A stretch of 64,000 nt of DNA from Chloroflexota bacterium (GCA_042408925.1 JBHOQO010000012.1:106-64105), one strand, 5' to 3'; positions 46,580 to 56,404 are shown, numbered from the stretch's first letter. Numbers and translations: made by a program. Notes: generated from the sequence alone by a model not told the origin.

Positions 46580-47629
46580 ATGCAGCGCGACACCATCACT
46601 GCCGGCCTGGTCTGGGTCGGCCTGACGATCCTCGGCTTGCCCGTCCTCCTCGGCTGGGCGCCGCCCCCGCTCGCGTCCGACAAGGGTGAAGCCGTCGCCG
46701 CGAGCTTCCGCTTCCTCCTCCTCGCCGCCTGGCCCGTCTTCACCTTCGTCCTCGTCGTCCTCGGCTACAGCGTCCTCCGGTTCCGGGTCCGCACCCGCCC
46801 CGGGACGACCCCGCCCGACGGACCGCCGAGCCACGGCCTCGGCCGGGTCCCCCTCGCCTGGTTCTGGGTCACGTCTTCCCTCGCCCTCCTCATCATGGTC
46901 TATCCCGGCCTCATCGAGCTGCCGAAGGTCGTCGCCGTCGACCCGGCCCCGCAGCTGCGGATCGAGGTGACCGCCTTCCAGTGGGCGTGGCGGGTCCGCT
47001 ACCCGGATGCCGGCGTCGAGGTCGTCGACGAGCTCGTCCTGCCCGTCGAGCGGAGCGTCCGGGTCGACGTCACGAGCCTCGACGTCGTCCACGCCTTCTG
47101 GGTCCCCGCGTTCGGCCTCCGGATCGACGCCCTACCGGGTCGGACGACGTCGCTCTCGTTCCGACCGACGACGACCGGCGACTACGCGACCGATCACCGC
47201 TTCCGGCTCCAGTGCTCGCAGCTCTGCGGCGGCGCCCATGCGGCAATGATGATCCCGGTCCGGGTCGTCGACGAGCCGACCTTCGCGGCCTGGCTCGCCG
47301 CGAAGGCACCGGCCTCGCCCGGGCCGAGCGCCGCCCCCGGCGGCCCCACGCTCAACGTCGTCGCCCGGAACATTCGGTTCTCGACCGAGCGACTCGAGGT
47401 CGCCGCCGGCAGCCCGTTCACGATCGTCTTCGACAACCAGGATGCCGGGGTCGTTCACAACCTGGCCGTCTACGACGCCGCGGGCCAACTCGTCGATGGG
47501 TCCCGGACGCCCTTCGAACCGGGGCCCGTCGAGCAGACGCTCTCGGTCCCGGCCCTCCCGCCCGGAACGTACCGCTTCGTCTGCGACGCCCATCCGCGCG
47601 AGATGGTCGGCGAGCTCGTCGTCAAGTGA
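46580..47629 (+). CDS. ctaC: cytochrome c oxidase subunit II (CuA) fused to a C-terminal type-1 cupredoxin (blue copper) domain
   Basis: 2 TM + CuA site HAFWVP..CSQLCGGAHAAM; C-terminal ~100 aa with HNLAV...FVCDAHPREMVG plastocyanin-type ligand pattern. Confidence 0.85.
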   Translation: MQRDTITAGLVWVGLTILGLPVLLGWAPPPLASDKGEAVAASFRFLLLAAWPVFTFVLVVLGYSVLRFRVRTRPGTTPPDGPPSHGLGRVPLAWFWVTSSLALLIMVYPGLIELPKVVAVDPAPQLRIEVTAFQWAWRVRYPDAGVEVVDELVLPVERSVRVDVTSLDVVHAFWVPAFGLRIDALPGRTTSLSFRPTTTGDYATDHRFRLQCSQLCGGAHAAMMIPVRVVDEPTFAAWLAAKAPASPGPSAAPGGPTLNVVARNIRFSTERLEVAAGSPFTIVFDNQDAGVVHNLAVYDAAGQLVDGSRTPFEPGPVEQTLSVPALPPGTYRFVCDAHPREMVGELVVK

Positions 47630-47669
47630 TGGACCTGTACCCCTCCCGGCCAACGGAAGGAAGGGAGCC

Positions 47670-49628
47670 GTGAACAACCAGCTCGACACCCACCCGGAAC
47701 CCGCCGGTTCGTCGGATCGGCCCGCTCGCGCCCTCGCCGCCCTCCGGCCGATCGGTCGCGGGCTGCTCTGGGCCGGCCTCGGGTTCGGCCTCGGAGCCGG
47801 ACTCCTCGGTCTTCTCCGATCGGCCCTCGGCGGGCCCGCCTTCGAGCTCGAACCGTCCTTCGCCGTCGGCTACGCCCTCGCCGTCCCGGGCTGGATCCTC
47901 GGCGTTGGGGCCTGGGAGCGGTGGGCCCGGGAATGGTTCGGCCGGCCCGTCGACACGACCGAGCGAACCGGGCTCGCCCGGTACCTGTCGTTCACCCTCG
48001 ACCACAAGGTCATCGGCATCCAGTACCTGGCGGCCTTCCTCCTCCTCTTCCTCGCCGCGGGACTCCTGGCGATGCTCATCCGGCTCCAGCTCCTCAACCC
48101 GGTGACGCCCCTCCTCGGTGAGGGCGCCTACAACAGCGTCATGAGCCTCCACGGGATCATCATGATCGCGGTCGCCGTCGCCTCGGTCGTCGGAGGCTTC
48201 GGGAACTACCTCGTCCCGCTCCTCATCGGCGCCCGGGACGTCGCCTTCCCGCGTCTCAACGCCCTGACCTTCTGGCTCATCCCGCCGGTCGCCGTCCTCC
48301 TCCTCGCCGCCCAGGCCGTCGGCGGTTGGGATTCCGGCTGGACGGCGTACCCGCCGCTGTCGGTCCGGAACGCCCCCGGCCAGCTCTTCTTCAACCTGGC
48401 GATCATCACCTTCGGGCTCTCGTCGATCCTCGGTGGCCTGAACTTCCTCGTGACGATCCACCGCCTTCGGGCGCCGGGGATGACCTGGAGCCGCCTCCCG
48501 ATCTTCGTCTGGGCGATGTACGCGACGAGCTGGATCGCCCTCATCTTCACCCAGTTCTTCGCCGCCGCCCTCCTCATGGTGACCCTCGATCGGATCGTCG
48601 GGACGGCCTTCTTCGACCCGGCCCGGGGCGGCGACGCCCTCCTCTACCAGCACGTCTTCTGGTTCTACTCGCACCCGGCGGTCTACATCTTTGTCCTGCC
48701 GGGCTTCGGGATCATCCTCGAGGTCCTCTCGACCTTCGCCCGGAAGCCGGTCTTCGCCTACCGCTGGGCCGTCGCCGGCTTCCTCGGGATCCTCGGTCTC
48801 TCGGGGATCGTCTGGGCCCACCACATGTTCGTCTCCGGGATGGCGAGCGACCTCCTCGCCCCCTTCCTCGTCACGACCGAGCTCATCAGCATCCCGACCG
48901 GCCTCGTCTTCCTCTCGGCCCTCGGCACGATCTGGGGCGGCCGGCTCTGGCTTCGGGTACCGATGCTCTTCGCCCTGGCGATGATCGTGAACTTCCTCAT
49001 CGGCGGGATCACCGGGATCTTCCTCGCCGACGTCCCGACGGACGTCCTCCTCCACGACACGTACTTCGTCGTCGCCCACTTCCACTACACGATCATCGGC
49101 GGCGAGATCTTCGCCCTCTTCGCCGCGATCTACTACTGGTTCCCGAAGCTGACCGGCCGGATGCTCGACGAGCGCCTCGGGCGGCTCCACTTCTGGGGGA
49201 TGTTCCTCGGCTTCAACGCCACGTTCCTGCCGATGTTCTGGGCCGGCCTGGCCGGGATGAACCGCCGGATCGCCCACTACCCGGTCGACCTCCAGCCGCT
49301 CAACGTCGCGATCAGCCTCGCCGCCTTCGTCCTCGGCGCCTCCTTCGTGCCCTTCGTCGTGAACGTCGTCTGGACGCTCCTTCGGCGACGGGCCGAGGCG
49401 CCCGGGCCGAATCCGTGGGGCGCCCGGACCCTCGAGTGGCAGACGAGCTCGCCGCCGCCGATCGAGAACTTCCCGGTCCGACCGCGGGTCGTCGGGCCGC
49501 CGTACGGGTACGGGACGCCCGGAGCGGTCCACGCCGTCGTCGGCGGCGCAGATGAGCACGGAGCGGCCCCGGTCGGTGTCGTCGGAGCGTCGGCACCCGC
49601 CCGGTTCGCCTCGGAGGGGGCCCGATGA
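47670..49628 (+). CDS. ctaD: cytochrome c oxidase subunit I with ~90-aa N-terminal extension
   Basis: GTG after GGAAGGAAGGGAG RBS; haem-copper oxidase signatures (HKVIGIQY, WFYSHPAVYIFVLPGFG, HHMFVSG, HDTYFVVAHFHY). Confidence 0.9.
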   Translation: MNNQLDTHPEPAGSSDRPARALAALRPIGRGLLWAGLGFGLGAGLLGLLRSALGGPAFELEPSFAVGYALAVPGWILGVGAWERWAREWFGRPVDTTERTGLARYLSFTLDHKVIGIQYLAAFLLLFLAAGLLAMLIRLQLLNPVTPLLGEGAYNSVMSLHGIIMIAVAVASVVGGFGNYLVPLLIGARDVAFPRLNALTFWLIPPVAVLLLAAQAVGGWDSGWTAYPPLSVRNAPGQLFFNLAIITFGLSSILGGLNFLVTIHRLRAPGMTWSRLPIFVWAMYATSWIALIFTQFFAAALLMVTLDRIVGTAFFDPARGGDALLYQHVFWFYSHPAVYIFVLPGFGIILEVLSTFARKPVFAYRWAVAGFLGILGLSGIVWAHHMFVSGMASDLLAPFLVTTELISIPTGLVFLSALGTIWGGRLWLRVPMLFALAMIVNFLIGGITGIFLADVPTDVLLHDTYFVVAHFHYTIIGGEIFALFAAIYYWFPKLTGRMLDERLGRLHFWGMFLGFNATFLPMFWAGLAGMNRRIAHYPVDLQPLNVAISLAAFVLGASFVPFVVNVVWTLLRRRAEAPGPNPWGARTLEWQTSSPPPIENFPVRPRVVGPPYGYGTPGAVHAVVGGADEHGAAPVGVVGASAPARFASEGAR

Positions 49629-50290
49629 GCGGCGATCTCGTCGGCCTCGCCGGCTCGGGCGGGCTGGCCGGCCGGCGCCTGGGCATCGCGGTCGAACCCG
49701 GTCCCCGGTCGGCGACCTCGGTCGACGAGGCCGCCGTCGCGCACCCGGCCGTCGAGGAGGCCGAAGATCGGCCGGCGGTCAACCGCTTCGGCCTCCGACT
49801 CTTCATCGCCTCCGAATCGATGCTCTTTGCCGCCTTGATCGCGGCCCGGTTCTACCTCGCCGGCCTCGAGCGGCCCGAGGGGGTGAACCTCGCCCTCGGC
49901 GCCGTGCTCACGGCCATCCTCCTCGCCTCCTCGTGGCTCGGCTACCGGGGCCTGGCGGCGATCCGCCGTGGGGACCGGGGTGCTGCGGCTCGTCGGCTCA
50001 GCGGAGCGGTGTTCCTCGGGCTCCTGTTCCTCGTCGGGGTCGGCCTCGAGTGGGCGACCGCCGAGTTCGCCATCGGGACGGCGTACGGGACGGCCTTCTT
50101 CACCACGACCGGCCTCCACGCCGCCCACCTCCTCTCCGGCATCCTCGTTCTCGGCGGCGTGGCGAACCTCCTCCGGCTCGGCCACTTCGACGCCGAGTCG
50201 TACTGGGGCGTCGCTGGAGCGGTGACGTACTGGACCTTCGTCGATGCGGTCTGGGTCGTCGCCGTCTTCCCTACCCTCTACTTGCTCTGA
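49625..50290 (+). CDS. ctaE: cytochrome c oxidase subunit III
   Basis: 5-TM COX3 pattern (..TTTGLHAAHLLSGILVLG..YWTFVDAVWVVAVFPTLY). Confidence 0.85.
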   Translation: MSGDLVGLAGSGGLAGRRLGIAVEPGPRSATSVDEAAVAHPAVEEAEDRPAVNRFGLRLFIASESMLFAALIAARFYLAGLERPEGVNLALGAVLTAILLASSWLGYRGLAAIRRGDRGAAARRLSGAVFLGLLFLVGVGLEWATAEFAIGTAYGTAFFTTTGLHAAHLLSGILVLGGVANLLRLGHFDAESYWGVAGAVTYWTFVDAVWVVAVFPTLYLL

Positions 50291-50298
50291 GTGCCGCC

Positions 50299-50943
50299 AT
50301 GGTTCGCCGCTGGGCAGCCCCGAGCAACGGCGCCGGATCCCGGCGATCGGCCGCCCTCGGGTGGGCGCTCCGGCGGTGTCTGCCCGGCGCCGTCGCGGGA
50401 CTCGCGGCCGGCGTCGTCCTCAGCCTCGCCGCTGCGGCGGCCTCGGGCGGGCTGGCCGACCGGGGGCCCGAGGTCGTCCTCGTCGCGATCCCCCGCGGGA
50501 CGGCGGATCTGATCGCCCGCGGAGCGACGACGAGCCCGATCCCGGCCGACCTCCGGCTGCGCCCGGGCGACACCCTCGTCGTCCGCAACGACGACACGGT
50601 CGGCCATCGCTTCGGCGGCTACACGGTCGCCCCGGGGACGATCCTCACCCTTCCGGTCGCGAGCGCCGACCGCGGCCGTTTCGTCTGCAGCTTCCACCCG
50701 TCGGGGACCCTCGCCCTCGACGTCGTCGAGCCGGCGAGCCCGCTCGGGATCGTGGCCTCGAGTCTCCTCGTCGCGCTCCCTGTCGGTCTCCTCCTGGCCG
50801 CCCTGTCGGTCTTCATGGGCCGACTCGAGGGGCCGCCCGACGAGCGAGGGCCGAGCGGCGGTGGGGGCGCTGCCGTGAGGACGATCCTCGATCGCCCGGG
50901 AGCGACCCGGTCCGCCCTGCCCCAGGGGGTCGCCCGGCCATGA
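50299..50943 (+). CDS. membrane-anchored cupredoxin-like protein (oxidase-associated, hypothetical)
   Basis: N- and C-terminal TM helices flanking GDTLVVRNDDTVGHRFGGYTVAPGTILTLP...FVCSFHPSGTL beta-sandwich-like segment. Confidence 0.4.
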   Translation: MVRRWAAPSNGAGSRRSAALGWALRRCLPGAVAGLAAGVVLSLAAAAASGGLADRGPEVVLVAIPRGTADLIARGATTSPIPADLRLRPGDTLVVRNDDTVGHRFGGYTVAPGTILTLPVASADRGRFVCSFHPSGTLALDVVEPASPLGIVASSLLVALPVGLLLAALSVFMGRLEGPPDERGPSGGGGAAVRTILDRPGATRSALPQGVARP

Positions 50944-51641
50944 CGAACGATCTCGACGGGCTTTGGACGGCCGTCCTGGACGCCCTCGGGCAGGTCGTCA
51001 TGCCCGACTGGGGGCGCCTCGTCACGAACCTCCTCCCCCTCGCCGTGGCGGTCGTCGTCGTTGGCGTGGCCGGATGGCTGGCCCGGGCCTGGTTCCGTGC
51101 TTGGCTTCTCGACCCCGGCCGGCAGGCCCGTCGCCGGCGGACGGCCCGGCGGGCGAGCCGCACCCGGAGCTCGGCGGCGGCGATCCTTCGGCGCCTCCTC
51201 CTCGTCCCGGTCGGGGCGACCGTCGCCGGCCTCGGCCTCCTCGAGCGGTCGTCGCATCCGAGCGGGAACCTCGTCCTCATCGTCGGGGGCCTCGGCGTCG
51301 CCCTCCTCGGCGCCGGGCTTGCGGTCCGGGCGAGCGAGCGGCTCGAGACGGTCGAGGGCGCCGCCGAGGTCACCGCCGGCGCGGGTGTCGGCCTTCCTGA
51401 GCGCCTCGGCGCCGTCCGGTCGGTTTTTGAGCGCCTCCCGAGCCCCCTCCGCCGGCTGCCGGCGCTCGGGATCGCCGTCCTCGGCATCGCCCTCGGCCTC
51501 ATGTTCGTGCCCGGGGTTCCGTCGGACGGCGCGATCCGGCCGGTCGCGAACCTGCCGATCCTCCTCCTGGGCCTCGGGCTCGGTCTGGCGGTCGTGGCTC
51601 GAGCCGTCGGCGACTGGGAGCGCCTCGACCGGGGGCGCTGA
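50940..51641 (+). CDS. hypothetical polytopic membrane protein (ATGA-coupled to preceding gene)
   Basis: 4-5 predicted TM helices; no family signature. Confidence 0.4.
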   Translation: MTNDLDGLWTAVLDALGQVVMPDWGRLVTNLLPLAVAVVVVGVAGWLARAWFRAWLLDPGRQARRRRTARRASRTRSSAAAILRRLLLVPVGATVAGLGLLERSSHPSGNLVLIVGGLGVALLGAGLAVRASERLETVEGAAEVTAGAGVGLPERLGAVRSVFERLPSPLRRLPALGIAVLGIALGLMFVPGVPSDGAIRPVANLPILLLGLGLGLAVVARAVGDWERLDRGR

Positions 51642-51689
51642 CCGGGGCCGGCGTCGCCGGCGCCCGGAGATCGCCTGGAACGAACGAAC

Positions 51690-51715
51690 GGCGGCCCGCC
51701 TCCCGGCGGGCCGCC
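51690..51715. terminator. bidirectional GC hairpin terminator between cta-associated operon and ssrA
   Basis: GGCGGCCCGCC-tccc-GGCGGGCCGCC perfect 11-bp stem; on minus strand followed by CGUUCGUUCGUU. Confidence 0.5.
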
Positions 51716-51727
51716 CGATGATGCCGA

Positions 51728-52103
51728 TGGTGGAGATGGGGGAGAGTCGAACTCCCCGTCCAGAGCCCTTCGCCAGGGACCAGCTACGAGCGTGTCCGGT
51801 GGTTTCTCGTCGATCGATCGGCCGATCACCGGCAGCCTGCCGATCGATCCAGCCGCGTGCCCCGAGATTGGGCTTGGCTCCGGCCCACGCGGCGCTCGGC
51901 CGGGCTGCAGCCCCGCTTCATGACGCTTCCACGACCCGCGGGGCGGAGGTCGCTTCCACGCTCACCTAGGCGGCCTTAGGCCGCGAGGGCGAGAGCAGAC
52001 TGGCGGTTGCCAGTTACTTCGGTTGCCGCCTGTTTTACGAGGCCTGACGGCACCTCGGCTCGCGTTCCCTGACAGCCAGACCCTGTCGAGACCGCGCATC
52101 CCC
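51728..52103 (-). ncRNA. ssrA: tmRNA (ssrA), ~376 nt; predicted tag ending ..NRQSALALAA
   Basis: 5' end GGGGATGCGCGGTCTCGACAGGG (acceptor/D-arm consensus), 3' end GGACGGGGAGTTCGACTCTCCCCCATCTCCACCA (T-arm + ACCA); internal ORF ..GGC AAC CGC CAG TCT GCT CTC GCC CTC GCG GCC TAA; adjacent smpB. Confidence 0.85.
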
Positions 52104-52209
52104 ACAGAGCCGAACGCCACGAACAGGCGTTCGAGGCCATTCTACTCGCCGTCCGTCGATCGGCCAAGGGGTGGGTCGGCCGGCGGCCAGGACCCGCCAT
52201 ACCTTGGCT

Positions 52210-52713
52210 CTAGCCGCGGCGCGCCTCGGCGAGCTCGCGTTCCACCTCCCGCCGCGCGTCCCGCTCGGCGATCGCCCGCCGCCGGTCGTGGAGCCGTCGG
52301 CCACGGGCAAGCCCCAGCTCGACCTTCGCCAGCCCGCGCTCGGTGAGGTAGAGCCGGAGCGGGACGAGGGCCAGGCCCTTGGCGGCGGTCCGGCCGAGGA
52401 GCTGGTCGATCTCGGCACGATGGAGGAGGAGCTTGCGGTCGCGCTTCGGTTCGTGGTTGAACCGCGCGGCGCCCGGCCACGGCGCAATGTGGGCTCCGAG
52501 GAGCCACGCCTCGCCGCGCTCGATCCGGGCGTACGCGTCGGCGAGGTTGACCCGGCCGGCCCGGACCGACTTGATCTCGGAGCCGGTCAGGACGAGCCCG
52601 GCCTCGATCGTCGCCTCGATGTCGTACTCGTGGCGCGCCTTGCGGTTCACCGCCACCGTCCGCTCGGTGGATGGCCGGTCACCCGCGGCGGGCCGCCTCG
52701 CGGGGTTCCTCAT
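52210..52713 (-). CDS. smpB: SsrA-binding protein SmpB
   Basis: NRKARHEYDIEATIEAGLVLTGSEIKSVRAGRVNLADAYA..WLLGAHIAPW..KLLLHRAEIDQL matches SmpB family. Confidence 0.9.
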   Translation of the reverse strand: MRNPARRPAAGDRPSTERTVAVNRKARHEYDIEATIEAGLVLTGSEIKSVRAGRVNLADAYARIERGEAWLLGAHIAPWPGAARFNHEPKRDRKLLLHRAEIDQLLGRTAAKGLALVPLRLYLTERGLAKVELGLARGRRLHDRRRAIAERDARREVERELAEARRG

Positions 52714-53216
52714 CGGCTCGTGGGGCAGCGACCGTGCCGGCCTCGTCCCGGACGCACGAACGCCGGCCCGCTGAGGGACCGGCGTTCCTGCTCCGTGCCA
52801 ACCCGCAGGGCGTCGCCTAGCGGCCGAGCTCCTGCGAGGTGGTGCGGCGACTCGGACAATCGGTCACTGCACATCACCTCCTTTCGTTCGAGCGAACCGT
52901 ACTCGATCGGGGGCGAATGCGCAAGCGGTCGTCCGGCTTTGGGTCCGCGTCCCAACGTCGGTGCGGGACGGGACGGAGCGGTCCGGCGGCGGGCCGTCCC
53001 GATCGCCGTGCACCGGGAACTCCAAACCCGGGGCGCGGGGCGCGGGGGATCGGCCCGTTCGGCCGCTTCGGTGTGGACCGAACACCAACAGGCGGGAACG
53101 AGGGCCGCCGACGCCGCGCATGCGGCCGGTTTGGTGTTCGGGGGGCACGCTCACCGGAGGGCCGGCCAGGGAATGGCAGAGCCGAAGGGATGCGTCCGGC
53201 GCTCAGGCCGCCCCGC

Positions 53217-54617
53217 TCACGCCGCTCGCCGGCCGAGCCAGGACTGGGAGGTCGCGTCGCCGAGGAGCTCGAGCGCCTTGTCGAGAACCGGATCGTCGGT
53301 CGGGCTCGACGGCGTCGCCTCGACGACGACGTCGGGCGTCAGGCCCGTCCCGTGGACCCAGCGTTTCTTCGGCGTCAGCCACTTCGCGACGGTGAGCCGG
53401 AAGCCGCCGGCATCGTCGGAGAGGAGCGACCACTGCTGGACCGTCCCCTTGCCGAACGTTCGCTGCCCGACGAGGGTTGCCCGCCCCGTGTCCTGGAGCG
53501 CCCCGGCGAGGATCTCGCCGGCCGACGCCGTTCCGCTGTCGACGAGGGCGACGACCCGGATCGAGGGGTCCGTCGCCAACCCGCCCGGCTTCGCCTCCGT
53601 CGCGATCTGATTCCCGCGGGCGTCCGCCTGCCAGAAGATCGGCCCGGAGCCGATGAACTCGCTGGCGATGTCGCGAGCCGCCGTCGTGTAGCCGCCGGGG
53701 TTGCCGCGGAGGTCGAGGACGAGCTTCTTGACGCCCGCCGAGACGAAGCGGTCGAGGGCGGCGTGGAACTGCTCGGCGCTGTTGCTCGAGAACGCCGTGA
53801 GCCGGATGTAGCCGACGGTTCCCCCGGCGAGCTCCCGAACGATGACCTCGCGCTGGACGATGACGTCCCGGACGATCCGGACGTCCTGGCGGGCCCCGTT
53901 CCGCTCGATCGTCAGGACGACCTCGGTCCCCTTCTTGCCGCGGATCCGGTTGCGGGCGTCGTCGATGGTCAGGCCGTCCAAGGCCTTGCCGTCGACGGCG
54001 ACGACGATGTCCCCCGGGAGGAGCCCCGCCTTCTCGGCCGGCGAATCGGCGAGCGGCGCCACGATGACGAGCCGGCAGTCGGCCCCCAGGGTGACGCAGC
54101 TGCTCGTCTTGCCGGCCGCATCGACCGTCCCGATCTCGGCGCCGATGCCCTCGAACTGACCGGAGAGATCCTGGAGGCTCTGCTGGTACTCCTCGGAGGT
54201 CAGGTACGAGGAATACGGATCGCCGAGGGCCTGGAACATCCCCTTGATGGCGCCCTCGACGAGCTTCTTGCGGTCGACCTCGCCGCCGGCGTACTGCTCG
54301 GTGACCGCCCGGTACGCCTCCCAGAACGGGGCAAAGAGCTCCTCCTCGGGCGGCGTCCCCGGCGTCGTCGCGAGCTGGCGGCCGAGAGAGAAGCCCGACA
54401 GGAAGAGGGCGGCCCCGGCCAGGATCGCGACGGCGACGACGGCGACGGCGAGGAGGGGGCCCGAGGCCCGAACGCGGGACGGCGGTTGGACGAAACCGGC
54501 GGGGGGCGGCTCCGACGGCCGACCGGCCGCGTCGCTCGGCGCCGGCGCGGGCCCGGCCGGGCTCGATCCGTCCCCGAAGGAGGCCGGCGGCTGCTCGGGA
54601 GGCTGGGAGGTGGTCAT
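53217..54617 (-). CDS. ctpA: C-terminal processing peptidase (S41, CtpA/Prc-like) with PDZ domain and N-terminal TM anchor
   Basis: PDZ (GLLPGDIVVAVDGKAL), S41 catalytic region (LVLDLRGNPGG..; VALVDSGTASAGEILAGALQD..TFGKGTVQ). Confidence 0.85.
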   Translation of the reverse strand: MTTSQPPEQPPASFGDGSSPAGPAPAPSDAAGRPSEPPPAGFVQPPSRVRASGPLLAVAVVAVAILAGAALFLSGFSLGRQLATTPGTPPEEELFAPFWEAYRAVTEQYAGGEVDRKKLVEGAIKGMFQALGDPYSSYLTSEEYQQSLQDLSGQFEGIGAEIGTVDAAGKTSSCVTLGADCRLVIVAPLADSPAEKAGLLPGDIVVAVDGKALDGLTIDDARNRIRGKKGTEVVLTIERNGARQDVRIVRDVIVQREVIVRELAGGTVGYIRLTAFSSNSAEQFHAALDRFVSAGVKKLVLDLRGNPGGYTTAARDIASEFIGSGPIFWQADARGNQIATEAKPGGLATDPSIRVVALVDSGTASAGEILAGALQDTGRATLVGQRTFGKGTVQQWSLLSDDAGGFRLTVAKWLTPKKRWVHGTGLTPDVVVEATPSSPTDDPVLDKALELLGDATSQSWLGRRAA

Positions 54618-54724
54618 CGCTTGCTACCACTCGCTGCTGACTGGACCGCGACGGGGACGCGCGGTGCTCGCTGGATCGTACGCCGATCCCGGCCGAGGCG
54701 GATCGCGGGCCGCTCCGCCGGCGA

Positions 54725-55609
54725 TCAGCGGATCAGATACGTCCGGACCGAGATCCAGGCGCCGACCGAGCCGAGCCCCAGACCCGCGCCGAGGACGAGG
54801 ACGGCGACGTCCCGAGCGAGCGACCCGAGCTGGAGGGGGACGATCCGGAAGAAGTCGAAGAGGAAGCGCCCGATCGGCTCGGCGGCCGCCCCGAGGAGCC
54901 CGAGGGTGACGGCCGCCCCGAGGAGCCCGACGAGCGCCCCCTCGAAGACGAACGGCCAGCGGATGAAGGCGTCCGAGGCGCCGACGAGGCGCATGATCTC
55001 GATCTCGTCGGCCCGGGCGAGGACGGCGAGCCGGATCGTGTTGACGACGATGAAGAGGACGATGAGACCGACGACGACGAGGACGACCGCCCCGGCCGTC
55101 CGGAGGACGCTCGTCACCGTCAGGACCCGGTCGACGAGGTTCTCGATATCGGTGACCGATTCGACGATCGCCGCACCGCGCAGCTCGTCGGCGAGGGCGC
55201 CGGCCGCCCGGGGATCGGCGAGCTTGACCTCGAGGCTCGCCCGGAGCGGGTTCGTGTCGAGGTAGCGGGTCAGGTCCTCCTCGCCCTGGGCGGCGAGGCG
55301 CTCCCGAAAGCGGGCCAGGGCCTCGTCCTTCGAGACGTAGTCGACCGAGCTGACGGCCGGTTCGGCGAGGAGCCGCCGCCGCAGCGCGTCGACCTCGGCC
55401 GGCGGGGCGTCGTCGCGGAGGTCGGCGACGACCTCGACCTTCTGCTCGACGTACTGGAGCCCGGCGAGGAGCCCGGCCTGGAGGATCCAGAAGCCGGCGA
55501 GGAGGAGGAGCATGAGGATCATCGTCGCCGTCGCGGCGAGGCTCATGAGCGCGTTTCGCCAGAAGCCCTGCCAGGCTCGGCGGAGGCTAAAGGCGAGGAA
55601 GCGGAGCAC
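54725..55609 (-). CDS. ftsX: cell division ABC transporter permease FtsX
   Basis: FtsX topology: TM1, large extracytoplasmic domain, 3 C-terminal TM; follows ftsE. Confidence 0.9.
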   Translation of the reverse strand: MLRFLAFSLRRAWQGFWRNALMSLAATATMILMLLLLAGFWILQAGLLAGLQYVEQKVEVVADLRDDAPPAEVDALRRRLLAEPAVSSVDYVSKDEALARFRERLAAQGEEDLTRYLDTNPLRASLEVKLADPRAAGALADELRGAAIVESVTDIENLVDRVLTVTSVLRTAGAVVLVVVGLIVLFIVVNTIRLAVLARADEIEIMRLVGASDAFIRWPFVFEGALVGLLGAAVTLGLLGAAAEPIGRFLFDFFRIVPLQLGSLARDVAVLVLGAGLGLGSVGAWISVRTYLIR

Positions 55610-55624
55610 GGCCCTGGGATTCCG

Positions 55625-56404
55625 TCAGTCGTCGTGGTGGTAGGCGCCCCGCGGCTCGTCCCGGACGACCCGCCCCTCGTCGAGGGCGACGACCCGCCGG
55701 CGGAGGGCGGTCACGACGTCGGCGTTGTGGGTCGCCATGAGGACCGTGACGCCGAGCTCGTTGATCCGGAGGAGCAGCTGGATGATCTCCCAGGCGATGA
55801 CCGGATCGAGGTTGCCGGTCGGCTCGTCGGCGATGATGAGCCGCGGCTCGTGGACGAGGGCCCGGGCGATCGCCGTCCGCTGCTGCTCGCCGCCGGAGAG
55901 CTGGCTCGGGAGCTGATCGGCCTGGTGGGTCAGCCCGACGAGGGCGAGGACCCGCTCGACGGCCGGACCGATCCGGCGCCCCGGGGTGCCGGTGACCTCG
56001 AGGGCGAAGGCAACGTTCTCGCGGACGGTCTTGCGGGGGAGGAGCTTGAAGTCCTGGAAGACGATCCCGATCCGCCGTCGGAGCTTCGGCACCTCGCGCC
56101 GCGGCAGTCTGGCGACGTCGGTCCCGTCGATGAGGACGCGGCCGTGGGTCGGGAGCTCGTCCCGGATGAGGAGCTTGATGAGCGTGCTCTTCCCGGCGCC
56201 GGACGGTCCCACGAGGAAGACGAAGTCCCCCTCGGGGATCGCCAGGTCGACGTCCCGGAGCGCGGTCCGGCCGTTCGGGTACGTCTTCGTCACCTCGTGG
56301 AGGCGGACGACCGCGCGCTCGGCCTCGGCCGGCGGGGCAGGCGGCGCGGAGAGGCGGTCCTTCGGGGAGCGTACGCCGCTCCCGGGGCTGATCGTCGTCG
56401 TCAT
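55625..56404 (-). CDS. ftsE: cell division ATP-binding protein FtsE
   Basis: Walker [13 protein letters not shown] signature LSGGEQQR, Walker [13 protein letters not shown]; ~230-aa FtsE-type. Confidence 0.9.
   Translation of the reverse strand: MTTTISPGSGVRSPKDRLSAPPAPPAEAERAVVRLHEVTKTYPNGRTALRDVDLAIPEGDFVFLVGPSGAGKSTLIKLLIRDELPTHGRVLIDGTDVARLPRREVPKLRRRIGIVFQDFKLLPRKTVRENVAFALEVTGTPGRRIGPAVERVLALVGLTHQADQLPSQLSGGEQQRTAIARALVHEPRLIIADEPTGNLDPVIAWEIIQLLLRINELGVTVLMATHNADVVTALRRRVVALDEGRVVRDEPRGAYHHDD

Noticed and set aside
52880-52895. CACCTCCTTTC resembling the 16S rRNA 3' end
   Set aside because: The match does not extend beyond about 10 nt. On the minus strand it is the complement, an AAAGGAGGTG Shine-Dalgarno for a small uORF before smpB.
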